A DNA stretch of 59,206 nucleotides, taken from assembly GCA_024404505.1 (NCBI GenBank), contig JAKSPU010000004.1:1-59206 (forward strand). Reading direction: 5' to 3'. Source of the stretch: Clostridia bacterium. Its GTDB lineage: Bacteria; Bacillota; Clostridia; Oscillospirales; CAG-272. The notes beneath the pieces are model-generated. The model was not told the origin of the DNA. It did no database searches and saw only the letters and a program-made list of their open reading frames with translations. Each line of letters opens with the position of its first letter. The stretch's first letter is position 1. Positions 46,454 to 56,573 of this stretch are shown here, in pieces. Made by a program: the position numbers and the translations under genes.

Positions 46454-48712
46454 ATGACAAACGCAGATTTCATCCGCCTCCCTTACGCTCCCGCCAATGA
46501 AGAGCTGACTGTATGCGGCGTACCGTTCTCTGTCGAGCGCAGGGACGGCGTCGTCAGAAAGCTGGAGGGCAACCACGTGCTTGCCGACGGCTGCTTTGAA
46601 ACGCTGTACTTTCTCGGTATGTCCACAGATTCGTGGCAATGCTCCGAGTGGTGGGGCCAGACCGAGGTGCAGTACGACGCGTCCATCCGCCTCTTCTTCG
46701 GCGACAGGGTCGGACGCATCCGCCTGATCTTCGATGACCGCACCGAGGAGCTGATCTCCGTCCTGTTCGGCGTCAACGCCTTCAACTACAACCTGTTCTT
46801 CAAGCCGCAGGACAAGGAGGGCAACCTGATGTCCTTCGGCGCGCCCTACGACGAACCGTTCAAATCCGATCCCGCCGCGCGCGCTCTGCTGAACGCGGCT
46901 CTGTGCATGACGGAGAACACCTCTGCCGACGCCGAGAAGATGACCAAGTGGGTATTCGCTTACAAGCCCCGCGCCGGCAAGAAGCTCGTCAAGATCGAGT
47001 GGTTCAAGGAGGAGGGCAAGCGTGCCGACTTCGTGATCTCCGCGATCACGGGCGTTCCTGCCGGGACGGACGACACGACCGGTCTGCCCGCCGTCGACCT
47101 TGACTTCTTCCTCAAAAAGGCGTGGTACGCCCCAGTGGAGGCGCTCAAGCGTCGCGTGTACACCTACCTTGACGAGATACCCGCATCGGTCGGACTTCTT
47201 GACGTTCCTGGCTTCGACGCGCCGGACGTGCGGTTCTACAACAAGGACGGGCTTGACCTGTTCACCAACGTCTACCGCAAGAACATCATGGACATGGCCT
47301 ACAAGAAGGTCACGGACGACGGGATGCCGCACACGTCGAGCGCGGCTACGGCCGATTTCGGCTGCTACATCGGCTTCGGCACCTACGCCATCCACGACAG
47401 CTACGGCGGTCACGTCTGGACGCGCGACATCGGACGGCTGCTCATCGAGCTGTCCTCGTGGGGATACTTCGACCGCGTGTCCATCGCCGTCGACAAGCTG
47501 CATGAGCTGCTCTATTACCCGTCCGTCCGGTTCCATATCCCGCACTGGAAGCGCGTCGCCAACCTCATCGCCCGTGATGAAAACGATCTGTTCAACGAGG
47601 GCAACGAGAACGACGGACACGCATCGATCATGATCGCCATCTACACCTATTGGCGCAAGAGCGGCGTCGGCAAGGAATGGCTGGTCAAAAACCGTGATCA
47701 TCTCAAGGCTGCCGCCGACTACTATCTTTGGCAGGAGGCCAACCCGAAGCAATCCAACTTCGACCGCATCCTGTACTCGCATTCCGAGACCTCGTCCCAG
47801 ACCTACGGCGGCTACGACCTGTACGCCAACGTCATTTCGCTGACCGCTCTGCGGATGTACGCCCGGATGTTCGATGAACTTGGTGAGAATAACTACGCCA
47901 ACGAGCTGCGCCGCCTCGCCGACAAGCTGGAAGCGGGTGTGACCGAGATATTCACGCTCGATCACCCGAAGTTCGGCAGAGTGTGGACCGACACGACCGA
48001 CGACTGCTGGACGTACGAGTACAAGCGCTTCTGCGCCCTTCTGATGGCGTCCGACGTGTACACGCTCGATCCCGCGAAGGAGCTGCCCGCGCTCTTTGAG
48101 ATCATGACGCGCACGATGGCGGCGCAGAAGGAGCTTTACTACGATCCGTATTCCGGGCGTCAGATGGGGTACGGTCAGGGATATTTGTCCGGCGCGATGC
48201 TGATGCTGGACGCGTACCGGGATTATTCCGATTGCGTGCGTGCCTCCGGTAATCTCTGTTACCACGAAACAGACGTCCCGTACATCGTCCCGGAGGGCGT
48301 TATCCGCCACGGATCCGGCCAGTACTGGTACCGCAACAGCGACCTCGGCAACGCGGTGCAGCAGGCGGAGATCGTCAAGGAGGCGCGGCTGATGGTCGGC
48401 GTCGACGATCTTGACGGCAGCAGTTTCAGGCTGATCCCGCGTCTCCCGGACGATATGACCGCCATCGAGGCCAAAGACGTTCCCGTCACGAAAAACGGTC
48501 ACGTCACGCGCGTATCCTTCCGCTACGCCCGCGACGGCGCGGGTGCCGTCCGCGTCTCTGACGGCGAAACGACCTACAGCCTGACGCTCGAGGGCGAAAA
48601 GCCCGAGTTTGTCCGCGTGGGGCCGTTCGCAAAGTCCTGCATCACGACCGACGCGGCGCTGACCGGCGTCACCGCCGTTCAGGGCGCGTACTACGCATAT
48701 ATCACTATCTGA
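46454..48712 (+). CDS. Cytoplasmic putative six-hairpin glycosidase-like protein
   Basis: GAGGAG RBS before ATG 46454; VWTRD, ENDG, helical core; no signal peptide. The 45671 start in the ORF track overlaps another gene. Confidence 0.55.
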   Translation: MTNADFIRLPYAPANEELTVCGVPFSVERRDGVVRKLEGNHVLADGCFETLYFLGMSTDSWQCSEWWGQTEVQYDASIRLFFGDRVGRIRLIFDDRTEELISVLFGVNAFNYNLFFKPQDKEGNLMSFGAPYDEPFKSDPAARALLNAALCMTENTSADAEKMTKWVFAYKPRAGKKLVKIEWFKEEGKRADFVISAITGVPAGTDDTTGLPAVDLDFFLKKAWYAPVEALKRRVYTYLDEIPASVGLLDVPGFDAPDVRFYNKDGLDLFTNVYRKNIMDMAYKKVTDDGMPHTSSAATADFGCYIGFGTYAIHDSYGGHVWTRDIGRLLIELSSWGYFDRVSIAVDKLHELLYYPSVRFHIPHWKRVANLIARDENDLFNEGNENDGHASIMIAIYTYWRKSGVGKEWLVKNRDHLKAAADYYLWQEANPKQSNFDRILYSHSETSSQTYGGYDLYANVISLTALRMYARMFDELGENNYANELRRLADKLEAGVTEIFTLDHPKFGRVWTDTTDDCWTYEYKRFCALLMASDVYTLDPAKELPALFEIMTRTMAAQKELYYDPYSGRQMGYGQGYLSGAMLMLDAYRDYSDCVRASGNLCYHETDVPYIVPEGVIRHGSGQYWYRNSDLGNAVQQAEIVKEARLMVGVDDLDGSSFRLIPRLPDDMTAIEAKDVPVTKNGHVTRVSFRYARDGAGAVRVSDGETTYSLTLEGEKPEFVRVGPFAKSCITTDAALTGVTAVQGAYYAYITI

Positions 48713-48727
48713 CAGGAGGTGCTTTCC

Positions 48728-51700
48728 ATGAGACGCATCCCTACGGAAAACGAGATTCCCGTCACGCTTGATCTGCAGGACGAGCGTGCGACCGCCTTCG
48801 GGCGCGCCTGCTGCTTCATGCGGCAGGCGTACCCCAACATGGCGCTTATGACGTACGACAACAGAGTCGGACGCGGCGCGGAGCATCTGGTACTCTGCAA
48901 GCTGGTCGTCGGCATCGGTACGGGAGATGCCCGCGAATGGCTGACCTACGAGGCCTGCACCGATGAAACGACCGCCGACAATATCCCGGGCGGTCTGCAC
49001 AGCCGCACCGTCACGGAAAGCGGACACACCGTTTTCGCCGACATCTTCCCGGCGGCGCTCCCCGAGCAGGACAGGTACCGCGGTGCGGCGGTCGTGCATC
49101 TGCATTCGGATGCGCCCGGATTGTGCGTGCGCTTCGGCTGCGGGAACATCGCGTTCATGCACCACTCCCCGAACGCCGTCATGAAGGGCCCGGATATCGA
49201 CTGCGAGGAGGGCGCGGCTGTCCTGTCCGGCAATGGGCAGACCGTTACGATCACGCACACCGACCGTGACTTCTTCACCTGCGTGCGCGGAGGTTTTGAA
49301 TTCCGTGTGATCGAAAAAGCGCCCTCCGGCAGCTTCGCCGAGGGATATACCGACGCGTCCGACGCGTTCCTGATGCTCGGCTTCTCGACCGATGCCGACG
49401 AGGCGCTGTATCTCGCGTCGCTCGATCCTGACGACGAGATCAGAAAGGTGCGCGCCTACTACGACCGTATGTTCCGCGAGCTGTGGATCCACACACCGGA
49501 TCCCGAGCTTGACGAGGCGTTCACGCACGCCTACCTGAATCTCAGCTACTCGTGGCTGTACCCGCTCGGCTGGATCGAGTGCATCCAGCATTGGCCGACC
49601 ATGTTCCATATGGAGCAGACCGCCGCCGAGGAGTGGGCGGGTCACGCCTCCCGCACGCGCGATACGCTGCTCTCGCAGCTTGGCTTCATGACGAAGGAGG
49701 GCTGCATCATCGAGCTCAATCCCAACCACACCGCAAGGCGCGATTGGGGCGGCGACAACCACTTCTTCTTCCGCGAGGCCCTGCATTACATCCGCCAGAC
49801 GAACGACCTTGATTTCGCACGCACCATCGAGCCGCACATGGACAAGATCCTCGCCCAGACCTTTGGCGAGTACGACGCGGTCGGCACCGGCGTGCTGGCA
49901 TGGCACTCCCAGATCGGCAATCAGGAGGACTTTGAGTCCACACCCGGACACGGTGCCGCGCCCGGCTCGGTCGGCGTACAGATGCTGCGCGAGGCGGGCG
50001 AGCTGTACCGTATCCTTGCCGACGCGGACGGGAACGACGCGTTCCGCGATAAGTCCGCGCAGTATGACGCGTGGGCGGACTACTGCCTCGGACAATGGAA
50101 AAAGCACCTGTGGAAGCGCGATCTCGGACGCGCCGTCTGGTTTACGGACGACTACGGCGAGACCCGTCTCGACACCACCTACCACGGTATCTGCTACCCT
50201 GTCATGTTTGGTCAGGTCGACAGCTTCGACGCACAATCCTCGCTCGACCACCTGCTCCACCGGATGACGGGACACGAGGGCGAGGTGTTCCAATCCAACC
50301 ACTTCGGCGATCACTACTACGAGTGGGTGCCGACGTGGGGTATGCAAGCGGGCAGCAATATGCAGGCGTTTGCGACCGCGGCGTATGCCGCCGTTGGCAA
50401 GCACGAGGATGCCGTCCGTCCGCTCGACTTCGTCGCGCGGCGCGTGTGCGGCCCCTACCAGCGCGGCTCCTTCCCCGAGACGGCGAACGAGAAGCGCTTC
50501 GGCTACTTCTCCCCCTCCGCGGGCGTTTACGCACAGGCTGTCATCGAATCCCTGTTCGGTCTCTCCCTTGACCGCACTCAAGGGACGCTGACCGTCTCCC
50601 CCTGCTTCCCTGCCGCGTGGGATCACGCGCAGCTGCACCTGCCCGACTACGACTATCAGTACGAAAAGACCGCTGACGGCTTTACCCTCACGCTGCACGC
50701 CGACGTTCCCGTCCGCAAGACACTCGTATGGCGCACCGATCTGCTCCGCAGCGCTTCCGTGACGGTCAACGGCGTGGCTGCCGCAAGCAGTCTGACAAGC
50801 GAGTGCGGCTTCTCCGTGCTGACCTGTGAGCTGGGCTGTAATTCCGACGTGACGGTCACCGTCCGCACGGTCCCGCTCGGCGCCACCGTTTCCTGTGCGC
50901 CGTTCGCCGTGTGCGGCGAGCCGCTGACCGTCAGCGTCACGGGCGGTGAGCTGATCGGCATCGACGATCGCTGCGGCGTCCTTGACGAAAGCGGCTGTGT
51001 CCGCACCGACCTGCTCGATGAGTACGATAAGTACGGTGACTTCGGCCTCGTCAACTTCGCGCGGCGCACCGTTGCGGCGCGTGTGCGCGTCGGTGACGTG
51101 ACCGCCCTGATCCCCGTGTCCTTCACCGTCCTGCCCCGGCTTGTGTTCAGTGCCTCCTATGACGCGAACAAGCACATCGTGCGTCTGTCCGTCCGCAGCC
51201 ATCTGCCGCGGGAGATCGGGAACGCGTCTCTGCTCCTCCGATCCGGCAGCGTGACCGCCTCCGCGCGTCTCTCGGTACCGGCCGGCGGCACCGCAAGTGT
51301 CGATATCCCGTATGCAGGGATCCCGGTCCCCGGCAAAAACCGCGCTGCACTGCACGTTGACGGCGTCTTTGACGGTGAGGTCACGTTCGACGCACCGCTG
51401 GACGAGTCTCCCGAAAAGCTGCCGCTGCCTGCGGACATGATCATGCCTTACGCGGGATGGCGCGGCATCGCTTACTTCCCGCATCACGGCTGCACGGTCA
51501 TCAATCCCGACATCTTCCTCGTTGATATGCCGGAGTCCGTTACGGTCGACGGGCTGACCTTCCCGCTCGCGGGCGGATTCCTGCCCGTTGCAACGCGCAC
51601 GAACAGGATGCTGACTATCCCGGTTGACCGGGATGCCCGTAAGCTGTACGTCTTGTTCTGCGCGATGGCGGACGATCACGAGATCTGCACGCCGCTGTTC

Positions 51701-52069
51701 GACGCGGAGATCGGATGTGAAAAGGGCAGCGCCTACCTGCCGCCGCTGTACAGGAAAACGCTTTACTTCCCCGGCGACTTTGACTACGGCTTTGCCAACG
51801 GTCCCGTCGTGCAGTTCTCCACGCACACGCCCGACACCGTACGTCCGTCCGTTCTGCCGCCTCTCGCGGAGGATGACTACGCCGAAACCGTACCGCCGCT
51901 CTACCCGGTGCGCACCCTGTGGTGCCGGAACAGAGCTGCCGAGGCCGGGAACGCGGTCTTCAATCTGCTTGAATTCGACCTCGGCGTGACGCGCCGTATC
52001 AACACCCTTACCTTCATCGCCCGTGCCTCCGACGCTGCCGGCGGCGTGTTCGGGATCACGTATGTCTGA
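48728..52069 (+). CDS. Large cytoplasmic putative (alpha/alpha)6 glycoside hydrolase-like protein
   Basis: AGGAGG RBS; TPDPELDEAF..A..NL, G.FPE, SAG.Y...IESLFGL, LTVSPCFPAAWD resemble GH78/GH94/GH116-like cores. Confidence 0.55.
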   Translation: MRRIPTENEIPVTLDLQDERATAFGRACCFMRQAYPNMALMTYDNRVGRGAEHLVLCKLVVGIGTGDAREWLTYEACTDETTADNIPGGLHSRTVTESGHTVFADIFPAALPEQDRYRGAAVVHLHSDAPGLCVRFGCGNIAFMHHSPNAVMKGPDIDCEEGAAVLSGNGQTVTITHTDRDFFTCVRGGFEFRVIEKAPSGSFAEGYTDASDAFLMLGFSTDADEALYLASLDPDDEIRKVRAYYDRMFRELWIHTPDPELDEAFTHAYLNLSYSWLYPLGWIECIQHWPTMFHMEQTAAEEWAGHASRTRDTLLSQLGFMTKEGCIIELNPNHTARRDWGGDNHFFFREALHYIRQTNDLDFARTIEPHMDKILAQTFGEYDAVGTGVLAWHSQIGNQEDFESTPGHGAAPGSVGVQMLREAGELYRILADADGNDAFRDKSAQYDAWADYCLGQWKKHLWKRDLGRAVWFTDDYGETRLDTTYHGICYPVMFGQVDSFDAQSSLDHLLHRMTGHEGEVFQSNHFGDHYYEWVPTWGMQAGSNMQAFATAAYAAVGKHEDAVRPLDFVARRVCGPYQRGSFPETANEKRFGYFSPSAGVYAQAVIESLFGLSLDRTQGTLTVSPCFPAAWDHAQLHLPDYDYQYEKTADGFTLTLHADVPVRKTLVWRTDLLRSASVTVNGVAAASSLTSECGFSVLTCELGCNSDVTVTVRTVPLGATVSCAPFAVCGEPLTVSVTGGELIGIDDRCGVLDESGCVRTDLLDEYDKYGDFGLVNFARRTVAARVRVGDVTALIPVSFTVLPRLVFSASYDANKHIVRLSVRSHLPREIGNASLLLRSGSVTASARLSVPAGGTASVDIPYAGIPVPGKNRAALHVDGVFDGEVTFDAPLDESPEKLPLPADMIMPYAGWRGIAYFPHHGCTVINPDIFLVDMPESVTVDGLTFPLAGGFLPVATRTNRMLTIPVDRDARKLYVLFCAMADDHEICTPLFDAEIGCEKGSAYLPPLYRKTLYFPGDFDYGFANGPVVQFSTHTPDTVRPSVLPPLAEDDYAETVPPLYPVRTLWCRNRAAEAGNAVFNLLEFDLGVTRRINTLTFIARASDAAGGVFGITYV

Positions 52070-52079
52070 TGCAAAATGA

Positions 52080-52226
52080 TGCAGGGCTCTGCCCTGCACC
52101 CGCTCAAGGACTTCATGAAAGAAGTCCTTGAGAATCTCAAGAACCTTTATATAGGGTCGATAATAGTACAAGGTTTCGTTTATACTGATGGAAACGGCGG
52201 GTGCCCAGATGGGTACCCGCCGTTCC
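52080..52226. repeat. Multi-hairpin intergenic repeat family, copy 4 (partial, inverted)
   Basis: TGCAGGGCTCTGCCCTGCA, CTCAAGGACTTC..GAAGTCCTTGAGAATCTCAAGAAC, GGCGGGTGCCC-AGAT-GGGTACCCGCC. Confidence 0.8.
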
Positions 52227-52236
52227 TGCTTTGTTA

Positions 52237-52830
52237 TCAATTATCCGTTACAAGTACAGCCCTGCAGGGGGCGCCGTCCGCGCCTGTCAGATTGAGCGGT
52301 GCGGCGTACAGCGTATATACGCCGTCCGGCACCTCCCCCAGCCTGATGCCCTCAAGCAGCACGACCTCACGTGAAAGCAGCGCAAGATGCACCGCCATGG
52401 GGCCGTCCTCCGGTCCGACGGTCTGGGATTCGTTGCCGATCAGGTACAGGCCTGCGTCGGCAAACACGCGTGCAGCTTCGAGCGTCACGGTCGCGCGTCC
52501 GCGGATCAGGATGCGCTTTGCCGCCTCGGGGTCCTGCACACGGGCGCGGAACAGAACGTCATGCGCGTCCTCCGCGCTTATATCACCCGACATGGTAACG
52601 ACACAGGCAGGACCTATGAACCGGTCAAGGCTGACACGGTCGATGCTCTTCCCTTCCCGGATAAAATGGTACAGCGCGTCAACGTGCGTGCCGTTATGTG
52701 CGCACATGGAAAAGGCGGTCAGGTTGTACAGCGCGCCGTCCTCCATCCGGGACAGCACCGTTCTGACTGGGCCCGGATCGCCGGGATACACGCTGCACTC
52801 AAACAACGGCTGTGAAATATCGTAGATCAT
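52237..52830 (-). CDS. Cyclase family protein (kynurenine formamidase KynB-like)
   Basis: YDISQP..YPGDP, HNGTHVDA..H, VH..LL, E, DGAPCRAVL. Confidence 0.85.
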   Translation of the reverse strand: MIYDISQPLFECSVYPGDPGPVRTVLSRMEDGALYNLTAFSMCAHNGTHVDALYHFIREGKSIDRVSLDRFIGPACVVTMSGDISAEDAHDVLFRARVQDPEAAKRILIRGRATVTLEAARVFADAGLYLIGNESQTVGPEDGPMAVHLALLSREVVLLEGIRLGEVPDGVYTLYAAPLNLTGADGAPCRAVLVTDN

Positions 52831-52965
52831 GATTTCAACTCCTTCCCTTTCCCCTAATACCCCGCTTTCTCGGCCAATATTACATGAATCAAATATTTTT
52901 TGAGTTTTCGGGAGCCTTATGCGGGTGCGGGGCTGTATAAATCTGATATATATTGCTCCTTTGCC

Positions 52966-52994
52966 TTGACAACATATTCCCGTTGTGTTATAAT
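52966..52994 (+). promoter_or_regulatory. Sigma70/SigA promoter for the ATP-grasp operon
   Basis: TTGACA, 17 bp, TATAAT with TGn extended -10. Confidence 0.8.
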
Positions 52995-53100
52995 ATGATG
53001 AATATGTATGTTTTCCTTCCCCGGGTCCGGTTATGGATCCGGTCTGCGGAGACTTACATTTCCATTCTTACGCTCCAGACGAAACAGAGGTGTTTTTACT

Positions 53101-54300
53101 ATGAAAAAGCTCATGATCCTCGGCGGGTCCCGTTACGCGCTGCCCGTCATCCGGGCGGCGCACAGCCTCGGGCTGTACGTCATCACCTGCGACTACCTGC
53201 CGGACAACATCGCGCATAAATATTCCGACGAATACTGTAACGTCAGCATCATCGACAAGGAAGCGACTCTCGAGGCCGCCAGACGGCTGAAGCCGGACGG
53301 CGTCATCTCCTTCGCCTGCGACCCCGGCGTCGTCACCGCCGCCTACGTCGCCGAGCAGCTCGGACTTCCCTCCGTCGGCTCCTATGAAGCTGTCTCGATC
53401 CTTCAGAACAAGGGCAGATTCCGCCGTTTCCTGACCGAGCACGGTTTCAACGTCCCGACGGCCAAGGGCTACACCTCCGCCGATGATGCAGTCAGGGATG
53501 TCGATCTCTTCCATTGGCCCGTCATCGTCAAGCCGACCGACAGCGCCGGCTCCAAGGGCGTCACCCGCGTCGACGATCCCGCCAAGCTGCGTGAAAGCAT
53601 TGCCTACGCTCTCTCCTTCTCGCATTGCAGCGAGTTCATCGTAGAGGACTTCATCACCCAGCACGGCTTCTCGTCGGACACCGACAGCTTCTCCGTCGAT
53701 GGCGAACTCAGATTCGTATCCTTCAACTCCCAGCGCTTCGACCGCGGAGCCGAGAATCCGTACACACCCGCCGCGTACAGCTGGCCGTCGTCCATGACGG
53801 AGGAGCATCAGCGGGAGCTTGCGTCGGAGATACAGCGTCTGATCACCCTCCTCGGACTCGGCACCTCGGTGTATAACATCGAGACACGCGAAGGCACGGA
53901 CGGTAAAGCGTATATCATGGAGCTGTCCCCGCGCGGCGGAGGCAACCGCCTCTCAGAGTGCCTCGAGTACGCGACCGGCGTCAAGCTGGTGGAGAACGCG
54001 GTCCGCGCAGCGGTCGGGATGCCTGTGGTCGGCGTGGAGCAGAAGCCGTACGACGGCTGCTGGGCAGAGGTCATCCTACACAGCGACAAGCCCGGCGTAT
54101 TCGACAGCCTGTGGATCTCCGACGAGATCGCCGGGAACGTATTTGAGCGCGACCTGTGGATCGAGCCGGGCACGAAGGTCGGCGGATTCAGCGCGGCCAA
54201 CGAGGCCGTCGGCACGCTCGTGCTGAAATTCGAGAACGACAGCCGGCTTCAGGAAGTCATGGCTGACGTGTCCCGCTACGTGAAGATCCTGGTCAAGTGA
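53101..54300 (+). CDS. ATP-grasp ligase (CPS-like / L-amino-acid ligase type)
   Basis: KKLMILGG, NKGRFR, PVIVKPTDSAGSKGV, IVEDFI, MELSPRGGG; GAGGTG RBS. Confidence 0.85.
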   Translation: MKKLMILGGSRYALPVIRAAHSLGLYVITCDYLPDNIAHKYSDEYCNVSIIDKEATLEAARRLKPDGVISFACDPGVVTAAYVAEQLGLPSVGSYEAVSILQNKGRFRRFLTEHGFNVPTAKGYTSADDAVRDVDLFHWPVIVKPTDSAGSKGVTRVDDPAKLRESIAYALSFSHCSEFIVEDFITQHGFSSDTDSFSVDGELRFVSFNSQRFDRGAENPYTPAAYSWPSSMTEEHQRELASEIQRLITLLGLGTSVYNIETREGTDGKAYIMELSPRGGGNRLSECLEYATGVKLVENAVRAAVGMPVVGVEQKPYDGCWAEVILHSDKPGVFDSLWISDEIAGNVFERDLWIEPGTKVGGFSAANEAVGTLVLKFENDSRLQEVMADVSRYVKILVK

Positions 54301-54307
54301 CGGAAAT

Positions 54308-55273
54308 ATGAATCCTTTCAACGAAATAGGCGGCTACCTCGGCGCCGAGCCGTATACGGGCTGCCACGGGGAATACTATCCCGACGCGGTCGCTCTGAAC
54401 ACCGCGCGGAACGCTCTCGTATACGCCGTCAGGGTGCGCGGCATCCGCAAGCTGCGGATACCGGCATACCTGTGCGATTCGGTCTCGCTGGTTTGCGACC
54501 GCGAGCATATCCCCTACGAGTATTACCACACCGGCGCCGACCTCCGTCCGGTCATCGACCGTCCGCCGGTGCCGGGTGAATACCTCTACGTCGTCAACCT
54601 GTACGGCCAGATGTCCAACGCGGAGCTTGCCGCGCTGCGGGACAGATACGGCCGCGTGATCGTCGACAACATCCACGCCTTCTACCAGCCGCCGATCAAA
54701 GGGGCTGACACGATCTGGTCCTGCCGCAAGTTCTTCGGCGTCCCGGACGGAGCTTACCTTGTGACGGACACGCTGCTTCCGGACGACCTTCCGACCGACG
54801 TTTCCGACGGGCGGACGTCACACATTTATGGTCGGCTGCGCGACGGTGCGACGGCACATTACGCGGAGTTCCGCGCGAATGACGACGCCTTCGAGCAGCT
54901 CCCCCTGATGCGTATGTCGGAGCTGACGCACAGGATGCTGTCCGTCATCGACTACGAACGCGTAAAACGCATCCGGGAGGAGAATTTTACCTGCCTGCAC
55001 CGGCTGCTCGGCAGTCGGAACGGTCTGAGGCTCCGGATGCCGGAGGGACCTTACGCCTACCCGTTCCTGTGCGAAAACGGTCCCCGGGTCAGAAAATATC
55101 TGGCAAGCCGGAAGATATACGTGGCGACTCTGTGGCCGAACGTGTCGGAGAACGGAAACGATACCGAGCGCTATTGCGCCGAAAACATCCTGCCGCTGCC
55201 GTGCGATCAGCGATACGGCGCGGAGGAAATGCAAATCATAGCGGAGGAATTGGAACATGTACGAAAATCTTAA
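54308..55273 (+). CDS. Divergent DegT-like PLP-dependent protein
   Basis: NTARNAL, IPAYLC, VNLYG, IVDN.HAF, SCRKFFGVPDGAYL, LPLPCDQRY. Confidence 0.7.
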   Translation: MNPFNEIGGYLGAEPYTGCHGEYYPDAVALNTARNALVYAVRVRGIRKLRIPAYLCDSVSLVCDREHIPYEYYHTGADLRPVIDRPPVPGEYLYVVNLYGQMSNAELAALRDRYGRVIVDNIHAFYQPPIKGADTIWSCRKFFGVPDGAYLVTDTLLPDDLPTDVSDGRTSHIYGRLRDGATAHYAEFRANDDAFEQLPLMRMSELTHRMLSVIDYERVKRIREENFTCLHRLLGSRNGLRLRMPEGPYAYPFLCENGPRVRKYLASRKIYVATLWPNVSENGNDTERYCAENILPLPCDQRYGAEEMQIIAEELEHVRKS

Positions 55274-56573
55274 AGGGAAAAAGCTGCTGGTGATGGATCG
55301 TACCGCGCTGGCTGCCTGTGCGGTCAGGAGAGCAAAGGAGCTTGGCATCAAGACCATCGTCGCCAACTTCTATCCGGAGGCGCTGTCTCCCTCCAAACAG
55401 ATCGCCGATGAAAAGGTGGACATCGATATTTCCGATATCGACGCCATGGTAAAGCTCGTCCGCGAGCGCCACGTCGACGGCATCTTCGTCGGCTGGACCG
55501 ATTCCCACCTGCCCTTCTACGCGCAGATCTGCGAGCGTGCCGGTCTTCCCTGCTGCGGCACGGTGGAGCAGTTCGATATCCTTTCCAACGACAAACGTAA
55601 ATTCAAGGAGGCGTGCCGCCAATACGGCGTGCCCACCCCGACCGAATACAAGGTCGGTATCGACTTCGACCGTGCCGTGCTCGACACCATTGAGTATCCC
55701 GTCATGGTCAAGCCCGCCGACGGCAGCGGCGGACGCGGCATCATGAGATGCGACAACGAGGAACAGATGATCGCGCACTACAAAAAGCTGTACGACGCGT
55801 CTGCCTCCAAGAAGATCGTCGTGGAGCGGTACATCGAAAGCCCCAACGAGATCTTCATCCACTACACCGTTCAGGACGGTGAGTGCAGCCTCTCGAGCGC
55901 TTTCATGAAGTTCAAAACGCAGGCGGAGACCGACAAGGCCGCCTCCTGCCTGTTCCACACCTTCGCTCCCGAGTTCATGGCCAAGTACAAGTATAAGGAG
56001 ACCGTCGAGCCTGCCGTCATCAACATGATCAAGGGTCTCGGCCTCCGGTACGGCAACGTGATGTTCCAGGGCTTCGAGGAAAACGGGAAATTCTACTTCC
56101 ACGAGTCCGGTCTGCGCCCGGGCGGAGATCAGTTCTACGTCTTTACCGAAAAGCTGACCGGTCTCAGCTCGCTCAACCTGCTGATCGAGTTCGCCCTGAC
56201 AGGCCGGATGGACAGCTGCCGTGCCGCCGATCTCGACGACTACCGGTACAGCCGGTACTGCTGCAATTACTACGTCCCGCTGAAGCCCGGACGGATCACG
56301 AGCGTGTCCGGCATCGAGGCCGTGAACGCCATGCCCGAGGTGCTTCAGAACGTTCAGTTCAAGTTCCCGGGCGACGTGATCTCCGATACGAGCTCGCTCG
56401 ACCGCGTGATATTCCGCATCCACGTCATGGCCAAGACCAGAGAGGACTTCGCAAACGCTCTCTGCCGCGTCAGCCGGACGCTGGAGATCCTCGACGAGAA
56501 CGGGAACGAAATGCAGCTTGAAAAGCTCACGTATGACGGCATCATGAAAATGGCCGAGGAGACATGGGGATGA
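55257..56573 (+). CDS. ATP-grasp ligase
   Basis: DKRKFK..C..YGVPTP, YPVMVKPADGSGGRGI, VVERYI, HESGLRPGG. Confidence 0.85.
   Translation: MYENLKGKKLLVMDRTALAACAVRRAKELGIKTIVANFYPEALSPSKQIADEKVDIDISDIDAMVKLVRERHVDGIFVGWTDSHLPFYAQICERAGLPCCGTVEQFDILSNDKRKFKEACRQYGVPTPTEYKVGIDFDRAVLDTIEYPVMVKPADGSGGRGIMRCDNEEQMIAHYKKLYDASASKKIVVERYIESPNEIFIHYTVQDGECSLSSAFMKFKTQAETDKAASCLFHTFAPEFMAKYKYKETVEPAVINMIKGLGLRYGNVMFQGFEENGKFYFHESGLRPGGDQFYVFTEKLTGLSSLNLLIEFALTGRMDSCRAADLDDYRYSRYCCNYYVPLKPGRITSVSGIEAVNAMPEVLQNVQFKFPGDVISDTSSLDRVIFRIHVMAKTREDFANALCRVSRTLEILDENGNEMQLEKLTYDGIMKMAEETWG

Noticed and set aside
46424-52240. 1938-aa minus-strand ORF
   Set aside because: Antisense shadow of two real plus-strand genes; high GC3 codon bias removes stops on the opposite strand; no recognisable motifs, and its N-terminus is repeat copy 4.
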